DNA of 64,000 nt from an uncultured Acidimicrobiales bacterium (GCA_937925335.1 CALEWY010000019.1:15708-79707); one strand, 5' to 3'; positions 34,453-44,366 are shown, counted from the first letter of the stretch. The notes: a model not told the origin generated them from the sequence alone. A program made the numbers and translations.

Positions 34453-35258
34453 GCCGACTGTGTAGCGCGGTCCCACCAGATGACGGCTCGTTCGGTCGAC
34501 CTCGCTGGTAGCGATCGAAGTTGGGTCTCAACCTCGTCGAGTCGATCGGGTCCCAGGCAGAGCATGCGGGCAGCGCCAGCGGCTCGGACGTCCCAGGGCG
34601 TCTCTCTTCGCAGCTGACCGGACTGACCAAACTCGAGGTTTGCCTCGATGCCCGCCTCGTGGAGCACGGCCAGAGCATCATCGGCGCTCGGCCCTGAGGG
34701 TCGCTCGAGTTTCCAGAAGTGTTGCCAAAGTGCGTTGTTCGAGGCCTGGGGGTGCACGAGCGTCAGCTCCATCACCACCCGGCCGCCGGGCTTCACGGCT
34801 TGATCCAACGAACGAGCGAACTCGTCGAGTGGCGACACGTTGTAGGCAACGTGATGGCAAACGACAACATCTGCGTGTGGTGGCCCATCACTGGCAACCG
34901 AGCCGGGCCATTGCCCATGGATCGTCGACACGTCAAGGCCCCTCGATGCGGCCTCTGCCGCAAACAACTCCAGCATCTCGGCTGACTCGTCAGCGCCGAT
35001 GACGCAGCCAGCGCGGTCGGCGAGAGCGAGCGACGCGGCGCCGCCACCACAGCCGACGTCGAGCACCGTGCCGTCTTGTTGGAGCACTTCGCGAGCTTTC
35101 TGTGTCGAAAGCGAGCCTTCGCCACTTCCTGGCAACGGCCGAAACAGCTCGGGGTCAAGCCGCCACGGGAACGCTGGCGCTTGTTCCCGAATCTCATCAG
35201 GAATGGCCCACGCGCCCAAGTCGGCCTTCCACCGATCGAGCGCTGGTGTGGTGCTCAC
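34449..35258 (-). CDS. Class I SAM-dependent methyltransferase
   Basis: VLDVGCGGGAASLALA (motif I). Its stop overlaps the yjdM start (ATGA). GTG start 35258 overlaps the upstream stop (GTGA). Confidence 0.85.
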   Translation of the reverse strand: MSTTPALDRWKADLGAWAIPDEIREQAPAFPWRLDPELFRPLPGSGEGSLSTQKAREVLQQDGTVLDVGCGGGAASLALADRAGCVIGADESAEMLELFAAEAASRGLDVSTIHGQWPGSVASDGPPHADVVVCHHVAYNVSPLDEFARSLDQAVKPGGRVVMELTLVHPQASNNALWQHFWKLERPSGPSADDALAVLHEAGIEANLEFGQSGQLRRETPWDVRAAGAARMLCLGPDRLDEVETQLRSLPARSTERAVIWWDRATQSA

Positions 35259-35950
35259 TCGTCGAACGAGTCGATCGCTGGCTCCGGCGTCGAGTCAGAC
35301 TCGGGACTTGTGATGCCGAGCGCTTCTTCGATCGAGGCCAGGCGAGCTTCGAGTTCGTCCACTCGTTTGGCGAGCGATGGCCCTCGATCCGACGAGCGGG
35401 TTGTTGCTGTTGCGACCGCAACGTCGTTGACGTCTGGGACCTCTTCACCGAGGCAATGAGCCCACCGGTCCTGGCTCTGGCCAGACGCTCGGCCGATGTT
35501 CACAACGAATGGATCGTCGCCCCGAGCCAGGCCGTCGAGCACTCGCTGCACGTCATCCGGTGATTCGAAGCCGGTGCCCTGCGAGGTGGGATATCGCTCG
35601 GTTCGGGTCTTCAGTTCACCCGTCGACTGCGGGCCGCGCAGCATCATCACGGCGAGTACCGCGAGCTGGTCGTGATCAAACCCGAGCGCCTCTTCGAGCA
35701 CGTGTTTGTGCTTGTCGGCTCGGCCGCCGGCGATCGTGCGGGCGTAGCCGGCAGGGCGAAGCAACAGCAGCGTGTCAACGACGTCGCGTTCGCTGAAGTC
35801 CATTACCGGTTCGCGATTCGACTTCTGATTGCAGGCGTTGACCAGCGCGTTCGTCGAGAGCGGATACTGGTCGGGTGTCGTCGCCTCCTTCTCGATCAGG
35901 CAGCCCAGCACACGAAGTTCTTCAGCGGATAGTTGCACGGTGACCCCCAC
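35255..35950 (-). CDS. DUF480 (YceH-like) protein
   Basis: LSAEELRVLGCLIEKEATTPDQYPLSTNALVNACNQKSNREPVM is the conserved YceH-family N-terminus as I recall it. The start could be GTG 35950 or 35938. Confidence 0.8.
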   Translation of the reverse strand: MGVTVQLSAEELRVLGCLIEKEATTPDQYPLSTNALVNACNQKSNREPVMDFSERDVVDTLLLLRPAGYARTIAGGRADKHKHVLEEALGFDHDQLAVLAVMMLRGPQSTGELKTRTERYPTSQGTGFESPDDVQRVLDGLARGDDPFVVNIGRASGQSQDRWAHCLGEEVPDVNDVAVATATTRSSDRGPSLAKRVDELEARLASIEEALGITSPESDSTPEPAIDSFDE

Positions 35951-36034
35951 GAGCAGACGTTGAGAAAATCACACTAGGCCGCAGCGGCGCGGACGTCGGC
36001 GAGTGATCCAGTGAGTGAGCAACGACGTGGATGA

Positions 36035-37186
36035 TCAGAAGCCGAGCGAGCGGCCGATGATCTCTTTCATGATCTCGTTCGTGCCGCCGTAGATCTTCTG
36101 CACCCGTGCATCGCGCCAGGCTCGGGCGATCGGATACTCCTCCATGTAGCCATAGCCGCCGTGGAGCTGCAGGCAGTTGTCCATCACCCGGTTCTCGAGA
36201 TCGGTCGTCCACCACTTCGCTTCGGCGGCATCGTCCGCAGTGAGTTCGTCAGCCATGTAGGCCTCGATCTGGCGGTCGAGGAACACCCACGCAATGTCGA
36301 GCTCGGTCTTCATCTCGGCGAGCGTGAACTTCGAGTTTTGGAACGAACCAATCGGCTGGCCGAACGCTTCGCGCTCTTTGCAATAGTCGATCGTCCAATC
36401 GAAGGCGGCCTGTGCGTGGGCCACGGCACTGAGGGAAAGGGACAGACGTTCGCGAGGCAAGTTGCCGACGAGGTTGAAGAAGCCCTGTCCTTCTTCCCCA
36501 AGCAAGTTCTCGGCGGGAACGCGCACGTCTTCGAAGATGAGTTCGGCGGTGTCTTGTGCGTGCATGCCGATCTTGTCGAGGTTGCGACCGCGTGAGAATC
36601 CCTCCATGCCTTCTTCAACCACGAGGAGGCTCATCCCTCGGTGGGCCTGCTCGGGGTCGGTCTTGGCAGCAACGATCACGAGCGAGGAGTTGATGCCGTT
36701 CGTGATGAAGGTCTTCGTGCCGTTCAGGATGTAGGAGTCGCCGTCTTTGATCGCCGTGGTGCGGATTCCGGCGAGGTTCGATCCGGTTCCCGGTTCGGTC
36801 ATGGCGATCGCCGCCATCGCATCACCCGAACACAACCCGGGAAGCCAGCGCGCTTTCTGCTCGTCGTTCGTGACGTCGGTGAAGTACGGCATGCAGATGT
36901 CGTTGTGCAAGGTGATGCACATGCCAGACGCCATCACTCCGGCGGCTTGGATCTCTTCGTTGATGATGCAGTTGAAGCGAAAATCGTCGACGCCGCCTCC
37001 ACCGTGTGCCTCGTCGACCTCCATGCCGAGGAAGCCGTGCTCGCCTGCCAGCTTGAACATCGCGGTGTCGACTTTGCCCGCGCTCTCCCAACCGTCGGCG
37101 TGGGGCACGATCTCTTTGGCGACGAACGTTCGCACGCTGTCGCGGAAGAGTTCGTGGTCGGCGTCGTAGATCGTGCGTCGAAGCAT
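36035..37186 (-). CDS. Acyl-CoA dehydrogenase
   Basis: MLRRTIYDADHELFRDSVRTF...AIAMTEPGTGSNLAGIRT...YGGTNEIMKEIIGRSLG. Start trimmed to ATG 37186. Confidence 0.9.
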   Translation of the reverse strand: MLRRTIYDADHELFRDSVRTFVAKEIVPHADGWESAGKVDTAMFKLAGEHGFLGMEVDEAHGGGGVDDFRFNCIINEEIQAAGVMASGMCITLHNDICMPYFTDVTNDEQKARWLPGLCSGDAMAAIAMTEPGTGSNLAGIRTTAIKDGDSYILNGTKTFITNGINSSLVIVAAKTDPEQAHRGMSLLVVEEGMEGFSRGRNLDKIGMHAQDTAELIFEDVRVPAENLLGEEGQGFFNLVGNLPRERLSLSLSAVAHAQAAFDWTIDYCKEREAFGQPIGSFQNSKFTLAEMKTELDIAWVFLDRQIEAYMADELTADDAAEAKWWTTDLENRVMDNCLQLHGGYGYMEEYPIARAWRDARVQKIYGGTNEIMKEIIGRSLGF

Positions 37187-37228
37187 CCGCCAACCGTAGT
37201 TCCCCCTCCTCCTACGATCCGAACCGCC

Positions 37229-37912
37229 ATGCCCGCCGCGCAAACACAGTCCCAAGAAGAGCGAGTCGTCGCCGTCATCGGTGGCGGTTCGGCGCTGCAC
37301 GAGGTTGAGCGATCGGCGGTCGCGCGCGCTGGTCTGGTAGTCGCCGCCGATTCGGGTGTCGATCGAGGTCTCGAAGTGGGCATCGCAATCGACGTCGCCG
37401 TTGGGGATTTCGATTCGGTCACGTCAGCTGGTCTTGATGCACTCGAGTCATCGGGCGCTCGGGTCGACCGGTTCGACGAGGCGAAAGACGAGACCGATCT
37501 CGAACTTGCGCTCGTCGCCGCACTCGCCGAGGCAGCGACACACGTCGTTGTGGTTGGCCTCGATGGTGGTCGACCCGATCACGCGCTCACGTCGCTGCTG
37601 TTGCTGGCCGACGATCGCCTCTCCGGCGTTGACGTCACCGGCTTCGTCGGCGAGACGGCCATCGCAGTCGTTCGGGCGGGGGAGAGCGGACGGTCGTTCA
37701 GCGGTGCCCCGGGTGATCTCATCAGCCTCGTTCCTGTCGGTGGACCAGCGATTGGTGTCGTGACCGGCGGGCTTGTGTATCCGCTCCGGAGCGAGACGCT
37801 TCCACCGTCGAGTCCTCGCGGCATGTCCAACGTCTTCGAGGTTGCCGAGGCCTCGGTTCGGCTCGATGCCGGAACACTGCTGGCCTTCCAGCCGCCTACT
37901 GAGGCGCCATGA
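37229..37912 (+). CDS. Thiamine pyrophosphokinase
   Basis: VVAADSGVD...VGDFDS...EAKDETDLELAL...GLDGGRPDH. Only the 3' part of track ORF 36641-37912 is coding, because the 5' part is antisense to the acyl-CoA dehydrogenase. Confidence 0.8.
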   Translation: MPAAQTQSQEERVVAVIGGGSALHEVERSAVARAGLVVAADSGVDRGLEVGIAIDVAVGDFDSVTSAGLDALESSGARVDRFDEAKDETDLELALVAALAEAATHVVVVGLDGGRPDHALTSLLLLADDRLSGVDVTGFVGETAIAVVRAGESGRSFSGAPGDLISLVPVGGPAIGVVTGGLVYPLRSETLPPSSPRGMSNVFEVAEASVRLDAGTLLAFQPPTEAP

Positions 37913-39504
37913 TCGGCAATCGGTGGCGAAGTGAACAAGACGGCGATGACAAGCCACGCGAACGAAAGCTCCGGCGCACCTGGCCACAACGGTTCCTGGT
38001 GCTCTTCAACGTCTGCATGATCCTCGTGGCGCTCGCGATGGCGTGGACGCTGCGGTACACCTACGTGCAGGCCGCCAGCGTCGAGCGGGTGCAGCTCGGC
38101 GGATCGTTGACACCGCGCGCCGAGTCGAGCGACAGCGATGGCGGGGTCTTCAACGTCTTGATCGTCGGCTACGACAGCGACGCTGGCTTGGATGAGGACG
38201 ATCCCATCCGGGTCGGTCGCAATGGCGAGCGGTTCAGCGATGTGATCCTCATCGCACACGTCGACGAGGTCGAAGGCACCGCGACGATCATGTCCGTTCC
38301 TCGAGATCTGTGGTTGCCGATCGCAGGCCTCGATCGAGAAGCCAAGATCAACTTTGCGTTCGGTGTCGGCGGCCCAGCTGTTCTCATCGAGACGATCGAG
38401 ACCGAACTCGACATCCCCATCAACCACTACGTCGCCATCGACTTCGCCGGTTTCCAAGGACTCGTCGAAGTCGTCGGGACCGTCGACGTGTTCTTCGAGC
38501 TGCCGGCTCGTGATTGGAACGCCCGGCCCGCCGTGGGCCCGCCTCGCACACAGACCGGGTTCGAGATCGGTGCTGGTTGCCACGCTCTCGATCCACCCAC
38601 GGCTCTCGCCTACGTTCGAAGCCGGCACTATCAGGTGCAGATGGCGGATGGGTCGTGGGTCGATTCCACACCACCATCCGACCTCGGCCGGATGCAACGC
38701 CAGCAGGACTTCATCCGCCGGCTGATCCAACGAGCGATCGACCTCGGCGCTCGGAACCCGTTCGTGTTGTCCGATCTTGTCGACGCCGGGCTCGACAACG
38801 TGACGATCGATCAAGAGCTCACACCACAAACCCTTCTCGACGTTGGTCGAACGTTCCGAGACTTCGAGCCAGGTGAGTTGCAGACATTCAGCTACCCGAC
38901 GGAGTTCGGCTTCGTTGGGTCGTCGAGCGTCTTGTTTGGTCTCGATGAACCGGCTGCCCCGATTCTCGAGATCTTCCGCGGTGCATCACCGTCGGATCCG
39001 TCCACCGTTGCGATCTCGGTCGTGACCGCCGCTGGGGTCGAAGACGATGCGGGTGATCTCGTCGACGAGTTGAGCGACGCAGGCTTCATCGTGAGCGGGC
39101 CGAGCCTCTCCGATACCGAACCCGGAATCGTGATCCGGCATGGAGCGGACGGCCGACAGGCCGCCGAAGTCGTGCGAGATCGGCTGTCGTCGTCCACGAT
39201 CGCTGACTTCGTTGGCGATGACGGGTCGGTACGACTCGAGGAAATCGACACGTTGCCAGGCCGATCGGTCATCGTCGTTGTGGGAACGGCATCGCCATCG
39301 CTCAACTCCACCATTCCTGACGATGCTGGCGTCGGAGTGGCCACGAGTGCACCGGATTCCGACTCGGGCACAGGTGAAGAGGCCTCATCAGACGCGCAAG
39401 TGACAACAACCTCATCGACCGACCCCAGCACCCCCAGCTCAGGGGATCAACCCGCTGAAGACGCTGATTTAGCGCCTCCACTCGATGCTTCGGGGTGTGG
39501 ATGA
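37909..39504 (+). CDS. LCP (LytR-CpsA-Psr) family glycopolymer-to-peptidoglycan ligase with an N-terminal TM helix and an acidic/Ser-Thr-rich C-terminus
   Basis: FNVLIVGYDSD...SDVILIAHVD...IMSVPRDLWLPI...KINFAFGVGGPAVLIETIE..LDIPINHYVAIDFAGFQGLVEVVG. ATGA overlap with the preceding gene. Confidence 0.9.
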   Translation: MIGNRWRSEQDGDDKPRERKLRRTWPQRFLVLFNVCMILVALAMAWTLRYTYVQAASVERVQLGGSLTPRAESSDSDGGVFNVLIVGYDSDAGLDEDDPIRVGRNGERFSDVILIAHVDEVEGTATIMSVPRDLWLPIAGLDREAKINFAFGVGGPAVLIETIETELDIPINHYVAIDFAGFQGLVEVVGTVDVFFELPARDWNARPAVGPPRTQTGFEIGAGCHALDPPTALAYVRSRHYQVQMADGSWVDSTPPSDLGRMQRQQDFIRRLIQRAIDLGARNPFVLSDLVDAGLDNVTIDQELTPQTLLDVGRTFRDFEPGELQTFSYPTEFGFVGSSSVLFGLDEPAAPILEIFRGASPSDPSTVAISVVTAAGVEDDAGDLVDELSDAGFIVSGPSLSDTEPGIVIRHGADGRQAAEVVRDRLSSSTIADFVGDDGSVRLEEIDTLPGRSVIVVVGTASPSLNSTIPDDAGVGVATSAPDSDSGTGEEASSDAQVTTTSSTDPSTPSSGDQPAEDADLAPPLDASGCG

Positions 39505-39610
39505 CCGCTGATGGTCACATCACCTACACGCAACGTGTGCGCCTACCCACCAAAGTTCGGAACCACTGAGCTAGCCTCTGAGGCGGTTTGCAGACCCTAG
39601 GAGGTCAACG

Positions 39611-40888
39611 GTGGCGAGAATTGCAGTGATCGGGACGGGTTACGTCGGGCTGACGACTGGCGCGTGTTTTGCTCATCTTGGGCACGATGTGGTGTGTGCC
39701 GATATTGATGAGGCGAAGGTTGAGTCGCTCCGGAAGGGCATTGTCCCGATCGTTGAGCGTGATCTTGATCGTTTCGTGACTGAGGGGATTGCTTCGGGCA
39801 AGCTCAGTTTTGTGGTCGGGGCGCGAGAGGCGTCGAAGGACTGCGAGTTCCACTATTTGTGTGTGCCGACGCCTCAGGGTCCTGATGGCGCGGCTGATCT
39901 CTCCTATCTCGAGGCTGCTGCTGCGGAGATCGCTCCGGTGTTGCCGACGGGGTCTGTTGTTGTGAACAAGTCGACGGTCCCTGTTGGGTCGACCGGGCTT
40001 GTGGCGAGTGTCATGGGCCGTAACGATGTCGAGGTTGTGTCCAACCCCGAGTTTTTGCGTGAGGGCACAGCGCTTGATGATTTCTTGAATCCTGACCGTG
40101 TGGTGATCGGTGCTCGCGATCAAGAGGCCGCGATTCGTGTGGCTGGTCTCTATAACCGTGTGCATGCGCCGGTGATGGTGACGGATCCGATTTCGGCGGA
40201 GACGATCAAGTACGCGTCGAACGCGTTTTTGGCGTCGAAGCTGTCGTTTGTGAACGCGATCGCGAATTTGTGTGAGGCGGTCGGCGCTGATGTGAACGAC
40301 GTTGTGCTCGGTATGGGTTATGACCGTCGTATCGGGAAAGAGTTTTTGCGTCCCGGTCCGGGTTGGGGTGGTTCTTGTTTCCCGAAGGACACGATTGCGT
40401 TGGCGAAGATCGCCGAGGATCACGGGTATGACTTCACGTTCTTGCGTGAGGTGTTGAAGGTGAATGACGAGCAGTTCGATCGGACTGCGGCGAAGGTCAT
40501 CGATGCGCTTGGTGATTCGCCTGAGGGCAAGCAGGTTGCGTGTTGGGGTCTGACGTTCAAGGCGGGTACTGATGATTTGCGTCAGTCGCCGGCTGTTGAG
40601 GTGATGAAGCGGGTTGAGGCTGCGGGTGTGAAGATCCGTGCGTATGACCCGGTTGTGTCGTCGCCGATTGGTGATTTGCCGACTGCTGAGATTGTGTCTG
40701 ATCCGTATGCGGCGACCGATGGTGCTGAGGTGCTTGTTGTGTTGACCGAGTGGGATGAGTTCCGTTGGCTTGATTTCGACAAGGTTGCTGAGAACATGGC
40801 GTCCAAGGTCGTGGTTGATGCCAGGAACCTGTTGGATCGTTCACAGCTCGAGCGTCGAGGTTTCGACTACCGCGGAATCGGTCGCTGA
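39611..40888 (+). CDS. ugd: UDP-glucose 6-dehydrogenase
   Basis: [34 protein letters not shown]...L..G..PI.E..L and [11 protein letters not shown] start is preceded by AGGAGG at 39599-39604. Confidence 0.9.
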   Translation: MARIAVIGTGYVGLTTGACFAHLGHDVVCADIDEAKVESLRKGIVPIVERDLDRFVTEGIASGKLSFVVGAREASKDCEFHYLCVPTPQGPDGAADLSYLEAAAAEIAPVLPTGSVVVNKSTVPVGSTGLVASVMGRNDVEVVSNPEFLREGTALDDFLNPDRVVIGARDQEAAIRVAGLYNRVHAPVMVTDPISAETIKYASNAFLASKLSFVNAIANLCEAVGADVNDVVLGMGYDRRIGKEFLRPGPGWGGSCFPKDTIALAKIAEDHGYDFTFLREVLKVNDEQFDRTAAKVIDALGDSPEGKQVACWGLTFKAGTDDLRQSPAVEVMKRVEAAGVKIRAYDPVVSSPIGDLPTAEIVSDPYAATDGAEVLVVLTEWDEFRWLDFDKVAENMASKVVVDARNLLDRSQLERRGFDYRGIGR

Positions 40889-40892
40889 CCGA

Positions 40893-41831
40893 ATGGCCCG
40901 AGTTGTCCTCACCGGCGGAGCCGGATTCCTCGGATCACATATGTGCGACCATCTCCTCGCACGAGGCGATGAGGTCGTGTGTGTCGACAACCTGGTCACG
41001 GGCCGCGCGTCGAACATCGCGCATCTTGAAGACAACGACCGGTTCGAGTTCATCAACCAGAACGTTTCCGACGGATTGGCGGTCGACGGTCCTGTCGATT
41101 CGGTGATGCACCTGGCGAGTCCGGCGTCGCCGATCGACTTTGCGAAAATCCCGATCGAGATTCTTCGAGTCGGAAGCTACGGCACCCACAACGTTCTCGA
41201 GTTGGCGCTTGAAAAAGGCGCCGTGTGCCACGTGAACTCAACCAGTGAGGTCTACGGCGATCCCGTGGAGCACCCGCAGCCGGAGAGCTACTGGGGCAAC
41301 GTCAACCCGATCGGCCCTCGTAGTGTCTATGACGAGGCGAAGCGGTTCGCTGAGGCGATCACGATGGCCTATCACCGGGTCCACGATCTCGATGTTCGGA
41401 TCGTTCGAACGTTCAACACCTATGGGCCGCGCATGCGTCCTGACGATGGTCGAGTCGTGTCGAACTTCATCGTGCAGGCGTTGCGCGGCGAGAACCTGAC
41501 GATCTACGGAGACGGCTCACAGACCCGCAGCTTCTGTTACGTCGATGACCAAATCGAAGGCCAGATCGCCCTGCTCGACTCGAGCTACGTCGGCCCGGTC
41601 AACATCGGCAACCCGCACGAGTTCACGATGCTCGAGCTCGCCGAGGTTGTGATGGAAGCAACGAATGCTTCGTGTGAGCTCGTCTTCCAGCCGCTGCCGC
41701 ACGACGACCCAACCCAGCGTCGTCCCGATCTCACCATCGCCAACCGAGAACTCGGTTGGGAACCAGCGGTGCAGCTGAAAGAGGGCGTCGTCAAAACCGC
41801 CGCCCACTTCGCCGCCGAACTCGGTCTGTAG
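40893..41831 (+). CDS. uxs: UDP-glucuronate decarboxylase (UDP-xylose synthase)
   Basis: [37 protein letters not shown]...[36 protein letters not shown]...[24 protein letters not shown]...[12 protein letters not shown]. Start ATG 40893. Confidence 0.9.
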   Translation: MARVVLTGGAGFLGSHMCDHLLARGDEVVCVDNLVTGRASNIAHLEDNDRFEFINQNVSDGLAVDGPVDSVMHLASPASPIDFAKIPIEILRVGSYGTHNVLELALEKGAVCHVNSTSEVYGDPVEHPQPESYWGNVNPIGPRSVYDEAKRFAEAITMAYHRVHDLDVRIVRTFNTYGPRMRPDDGRVVSNFIVQALRGENLTIYGDGSQTRSFCYVDDQIEGQIALLDSSYVGPVNIGNPHEFTMLELAEVVMEATNASCELVFQPLPHDDPTQRRPDLTIANRELGWEPAVQLKEGVVKTAAHFAAELGL

Positions 41832-41873
41832 CCAACCCAAACCCCACCTGCCGCCCCTCATTCGCGCGCCAAA

Positions 41874-41937
41874 AACCGGCTGTGGTCTCTGAGACTGCAG
41901 TGGGTCTGGAACCGGCTGTGGTCTCAGAGGACAGAGC
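41874..41937. repeat. REP-like block, inverted copy of 10691-10760 (units CTGTGGTCTCTGAGACTGCAG and CTGTGGTCTCAGAGGACAGAG joined by TGGGTCTGGAACCGG)
   Basis: Aligned by eye with the reverse complement of 10691-10760 and most positions are identical. It also lies between convergent genes (uxs + and GT4 -). Confidence 0.85.
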
Positions 41938-41944
41938 GGAAACG

Positions 41945-43060
41945 CTATGTGGGGTTCTGGAAGCCGAGGGTGGCGAACAGCTGCTCGAGATGGCGGTTGG
42001 GGCTGTGGCATTCGGCCGCTTGGCGGCGGTTGTTGGCCGACATGGCTTCCCAGCGGGATCGATCGCTCGTGAGGGCGTCGATGGCGTCGAGCAGCGCTTC
42101 GGCGTCGATCGGGTTGATGAGGCGCCCGTTCGTCTCATCGACGATGTCGGCAACGCCGCCCTGATCGCTTGAAACGACGGGAAGCCCAACGTGCAACGCC
42201 TCCAAAATCGAGATCGGTTCGCCTTCGACTCGGTAACTCGTCGGTAGGACGAAGACCTGAGCTGAGGCGAGCAGCTCGAACTTGGCGTCGTCGGCGACGA
42301 CGCCGGCCCACCGAGCATTCGGTGGAAGCGACGTCGCACGGCCGTGCGGATCGTGGCCAGCAAGGACGAACCGAAACGCACGACCCTGGTCGTGAGCGAG
42401 CCGAGCAGCCTCGATCACGACGTCGACGCCCTTTTCTGGCATCAGGTTGGAGACGAACGCGACCGTTGGCTCTGCTGACCACGAGGCCCCACCGGCGAGT
42501 GCTCGCGTGGCAAGGTCTTCTTCAACGCTGTTGCCGATCACTTCGATGCGCGGGCCGGTGCTTGCACCGCCAGTCTCTCCATCGAAGACGCCGTCGAACA
42601 TTGCGGTGAGACGAGGAGTGAGTGCGATCAGCACTTCGGCCCTCTTGAGAAGCCGAAGATAGGTGGATCGAACGGGCGCTGGCGTTGCGTCGAGACCTGT
42701 CCGCCAGCCACCGCCGTGCACATGGCCAACGACCGACCAGCGGCGCGTTGCCGCCACGGTGAGGAATGCTGTGTCTCGAATGATCGAGGAAGGGCCCTGC
42801 CCGAGCTGCAGATACAGAACCGTCGGCGTCGACGGGCGGAGCCGAGCAAGCCTCGCAGCTTGGCGCACCGAGCGGAGCGCCTTGCGCGCCGACGAGGTCT
42901 GATCGTCGATCGAACTCGCCGTGCTCACCACGTGATGTTCGATCCGCTGCGCCGCAAGTGCGTTGGTCAAGATTCGCCCGGCAGTCGCCTGCCCGGTGAT
43001 CGGCGGGGGAGTCGAGATGACGGCGACGATGCTCTTGCGAGCCGTCCTGCGGTCGCTCAC
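41945..43060 (-). CDS. Glycosyltransferase family 4 (GT-B, RfaB-like)
   Basis: ...VFVLPTSYRVEGEPISILEALHVGLPVVSSDQGGVADIV (E-x7-E region). The GTG start overlaps the upstream stop (GTGA). Confidence 0.85.
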   Translation of the reverse strand: MSDRRTARKSIVAVISTPPPITGQATAGRILTNALAAQRIEHHVVSTASSIDDQTSSARKALRSVRQAARLARLRPSTPTVLYLQLGQGPSSIIRDTAFLTVAATRRWSVVGHVHGGGWRTGLDATPAPVRSTYLRLLKRAEVLIALTPRLTAMFDGVFDGETGGASTGPRIEVIGNSVEEDLATRALAGGASWSAEPTVAFVSNLMPEKGVDVVIEAARLAHDQGRAFRFVLAGHDPHGRATSLPPNARWAGVVADDAKFELLASAQVFVLPTSYRVEGEPISILEALHVGLPVVSSDQGGVADIVDETNGRLINPIDAEALLDAIDALTSDRSRWEAMSANNRRQAAECHSPNRHLEQLFATLGFQNPT

Positions 43061-44160
43061 GACGCACCACCGATGGCATCTCGATACGCGTCGATCATTC
43101 CAGCCGCGGTCCGATCCCAGGTGTAGGTGAGGGCCCGCTCACGGGCCGGCGCACCGAGCGTTGCCCACGAGTCGGGCTCTGACGCGAGCTCTCGAATCGT
43201 GTCGACCCACGCATCGGCATCGTCGTGTGGCAAGAGCCGACCGGTTTCGGCAACCACCTCGGCGATCGCCGTGCCGATCGTTCCCACCACCGGCGTCTCT
43301 GCCACCATCGACTCGAGCGCCGGGAGGCCGAAACCTTCTCGACGACTCGGATAGAGCAGCGCCACAGCTCCCTCCATCAGGGCTGGCAGATCCTCGCTTG
43401 GCACAAACCCAAGGCGTCGGATCGACGGTGTCGAAGACAGATCCGGCAGCGATTCATTCCATCCATCGGGCCCGGCGAGCAGGAGATCAGCCTCGGGGTT
43501 CGCCTTCGCAAACGCCTCGATCAGAAACGGAAGGTTCTTGCGAGGTTCGACCGTGCCCGCATAGAAGAAATACGGCCGGTCGCTGCGTCGGTAGCTGGCC
43601 ACCCTGGCCCGATCATCGTCCGACACCACCCGATCCTCGACACCCAGTGGCACGAGACGAAGCCGGTCGGGAGCGAAGCCGATCGACACGCAATCATCGA
43701 GCGTCTGTTTGCTTGAGCACGTCACGATCGAAGCGTTGGCCTTCGCCCGGTCGAACGCCGTCGTCATCATTCGAACACCACGCTTCGTCAGCGTCGTTGG
43801 CTCCAGCACGGGGAAGACATCGTGCAGGGTCATCACGAGTGGCGCCGTCGCAGGCGGTGTCATCGGCACCGTCGAGTGGACAACATCGACCGGACCCGTC
43901 GCTCGCTCGGGCGGGAACCAGCCGCGATGCCACGCGTCGTAGAGAAATTGATAGGGCAGTCGCTGCCGAACCACAGCTTGTTTCGGAACGAACGGAGGTG
44001 CTGGTTGACGCCGCCCACCAGCACCAATACCGGTGATCACAACCTCGCCAGAAGCTTCGAGGGCGTCGGCGATGGCCAGGGCGGCAACGGCGGTGCCCCC
44101 CGGCACGGTGTGCCAACACTGAGTCAAGACATAGGCGGACCGGATCGGCACGGCGGTCAC
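43057..44160 (-). CDS. Glycosyltransferase family 4 (GT-B)
   Basis: ...ALLYPSRREGFGLPALESMVAETPVVGT... (E-x7-E). GTG start 44160. Confidence 0.85.
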   Translation of the reverse strand: MTAVPIRSAYVLTQCWHTVPGGTAVAALAIADALEASGEVVITGIGAGGRRQPAPPFVPKQAVVRQRLPYQFLYDAWHRGWFPPERATGPVDVVHSTVPMTPPATAPLVMTLHDVFPVLEPTTLTKRGVRMMTTAFDRAKANASIVTCSSKQTLDDCVSIGFAPDRLRLVPLGVEDRVVSDDDRARVASYRRSDRPYFFYAGTVEPRKNLPFLIEAFAKANPEADLLLAGPDGWNESLPDLSSTPSIRRLGFVPSEDLPALMEGAVALLYPSRREGFGLPALESMVAETPVVGTIGTAIAEVVAETGRLLPHDDADAWVDTIRELASEPDSWATLGAPARERALTYTWDRTAAGMIDAYRDAIGGAS

Positions 44161-44249
44161 CCTAGTGTCGAGTTGAGGGCCGATTGGGCCTCTTCAACAC
44201 GGACAAACCACTGCTGGCGTGGCATTGGTCGCCAGCCGGCCAGACGGCA

Positions 44250-44296
44250 TCACAAACGACACGACAACGGCGTCACAAACGACATCACCAACGGCG
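44250..44296. promoter_or_regulatory. Adjacent 23/24-bp direct repeat (TCACAAACGACACGACAACGGCG / TCACAAACGACATCACCAACGGCG) in the divergent promoter region between the two glycosyltransferase operons
   Basis: Read directly. It is 90 nt from the GT4 start (44160, -) and 71 nt from the WcaI-like start (44367, +). Confidence 0.55.
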
Positions 44297-44366
44297 CAGT
44301 CGATGTCGTCGCAAGCGGCCTCACCGCTGGCCTGGGATCCAGGGCCCGGGGTCCTATCCTGTTCGG

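Noticed and set aside
36641-37228. 5' part of track ORF 36641-37912
   Set aside because: It is antisense to the acyl-CoA dehydrogenase (36035-37186). The thiamine pyrophosphokinase motifs begin after ATG 37229.
37579-38829. 416-aa minus-strand ORF over the thiamine pyrophosphokinase and LCP genes
   Set aside because: Antisense shadow ORF. The LCP and TPK motifs are on the plus strand.
39551-39585. tRNA-like D-arm on the minus strand (GGCTAGCTCAGTGGTT)
   Set aside because: The expected GAGC closing half of the D-stem is missing. No anticodon arm, T-arm (GTTCRAnnC) or acceptor pairing can be drawn. It is likely coincidence or at most a tiny tRNA remnant.
39605-40423. 272-aa minus-strand ORF over ugd
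   Set aside because: It is antisense to an unmistakable UDP-glucose dehydrogenase, and the product is R/H/T-rich nonsense.
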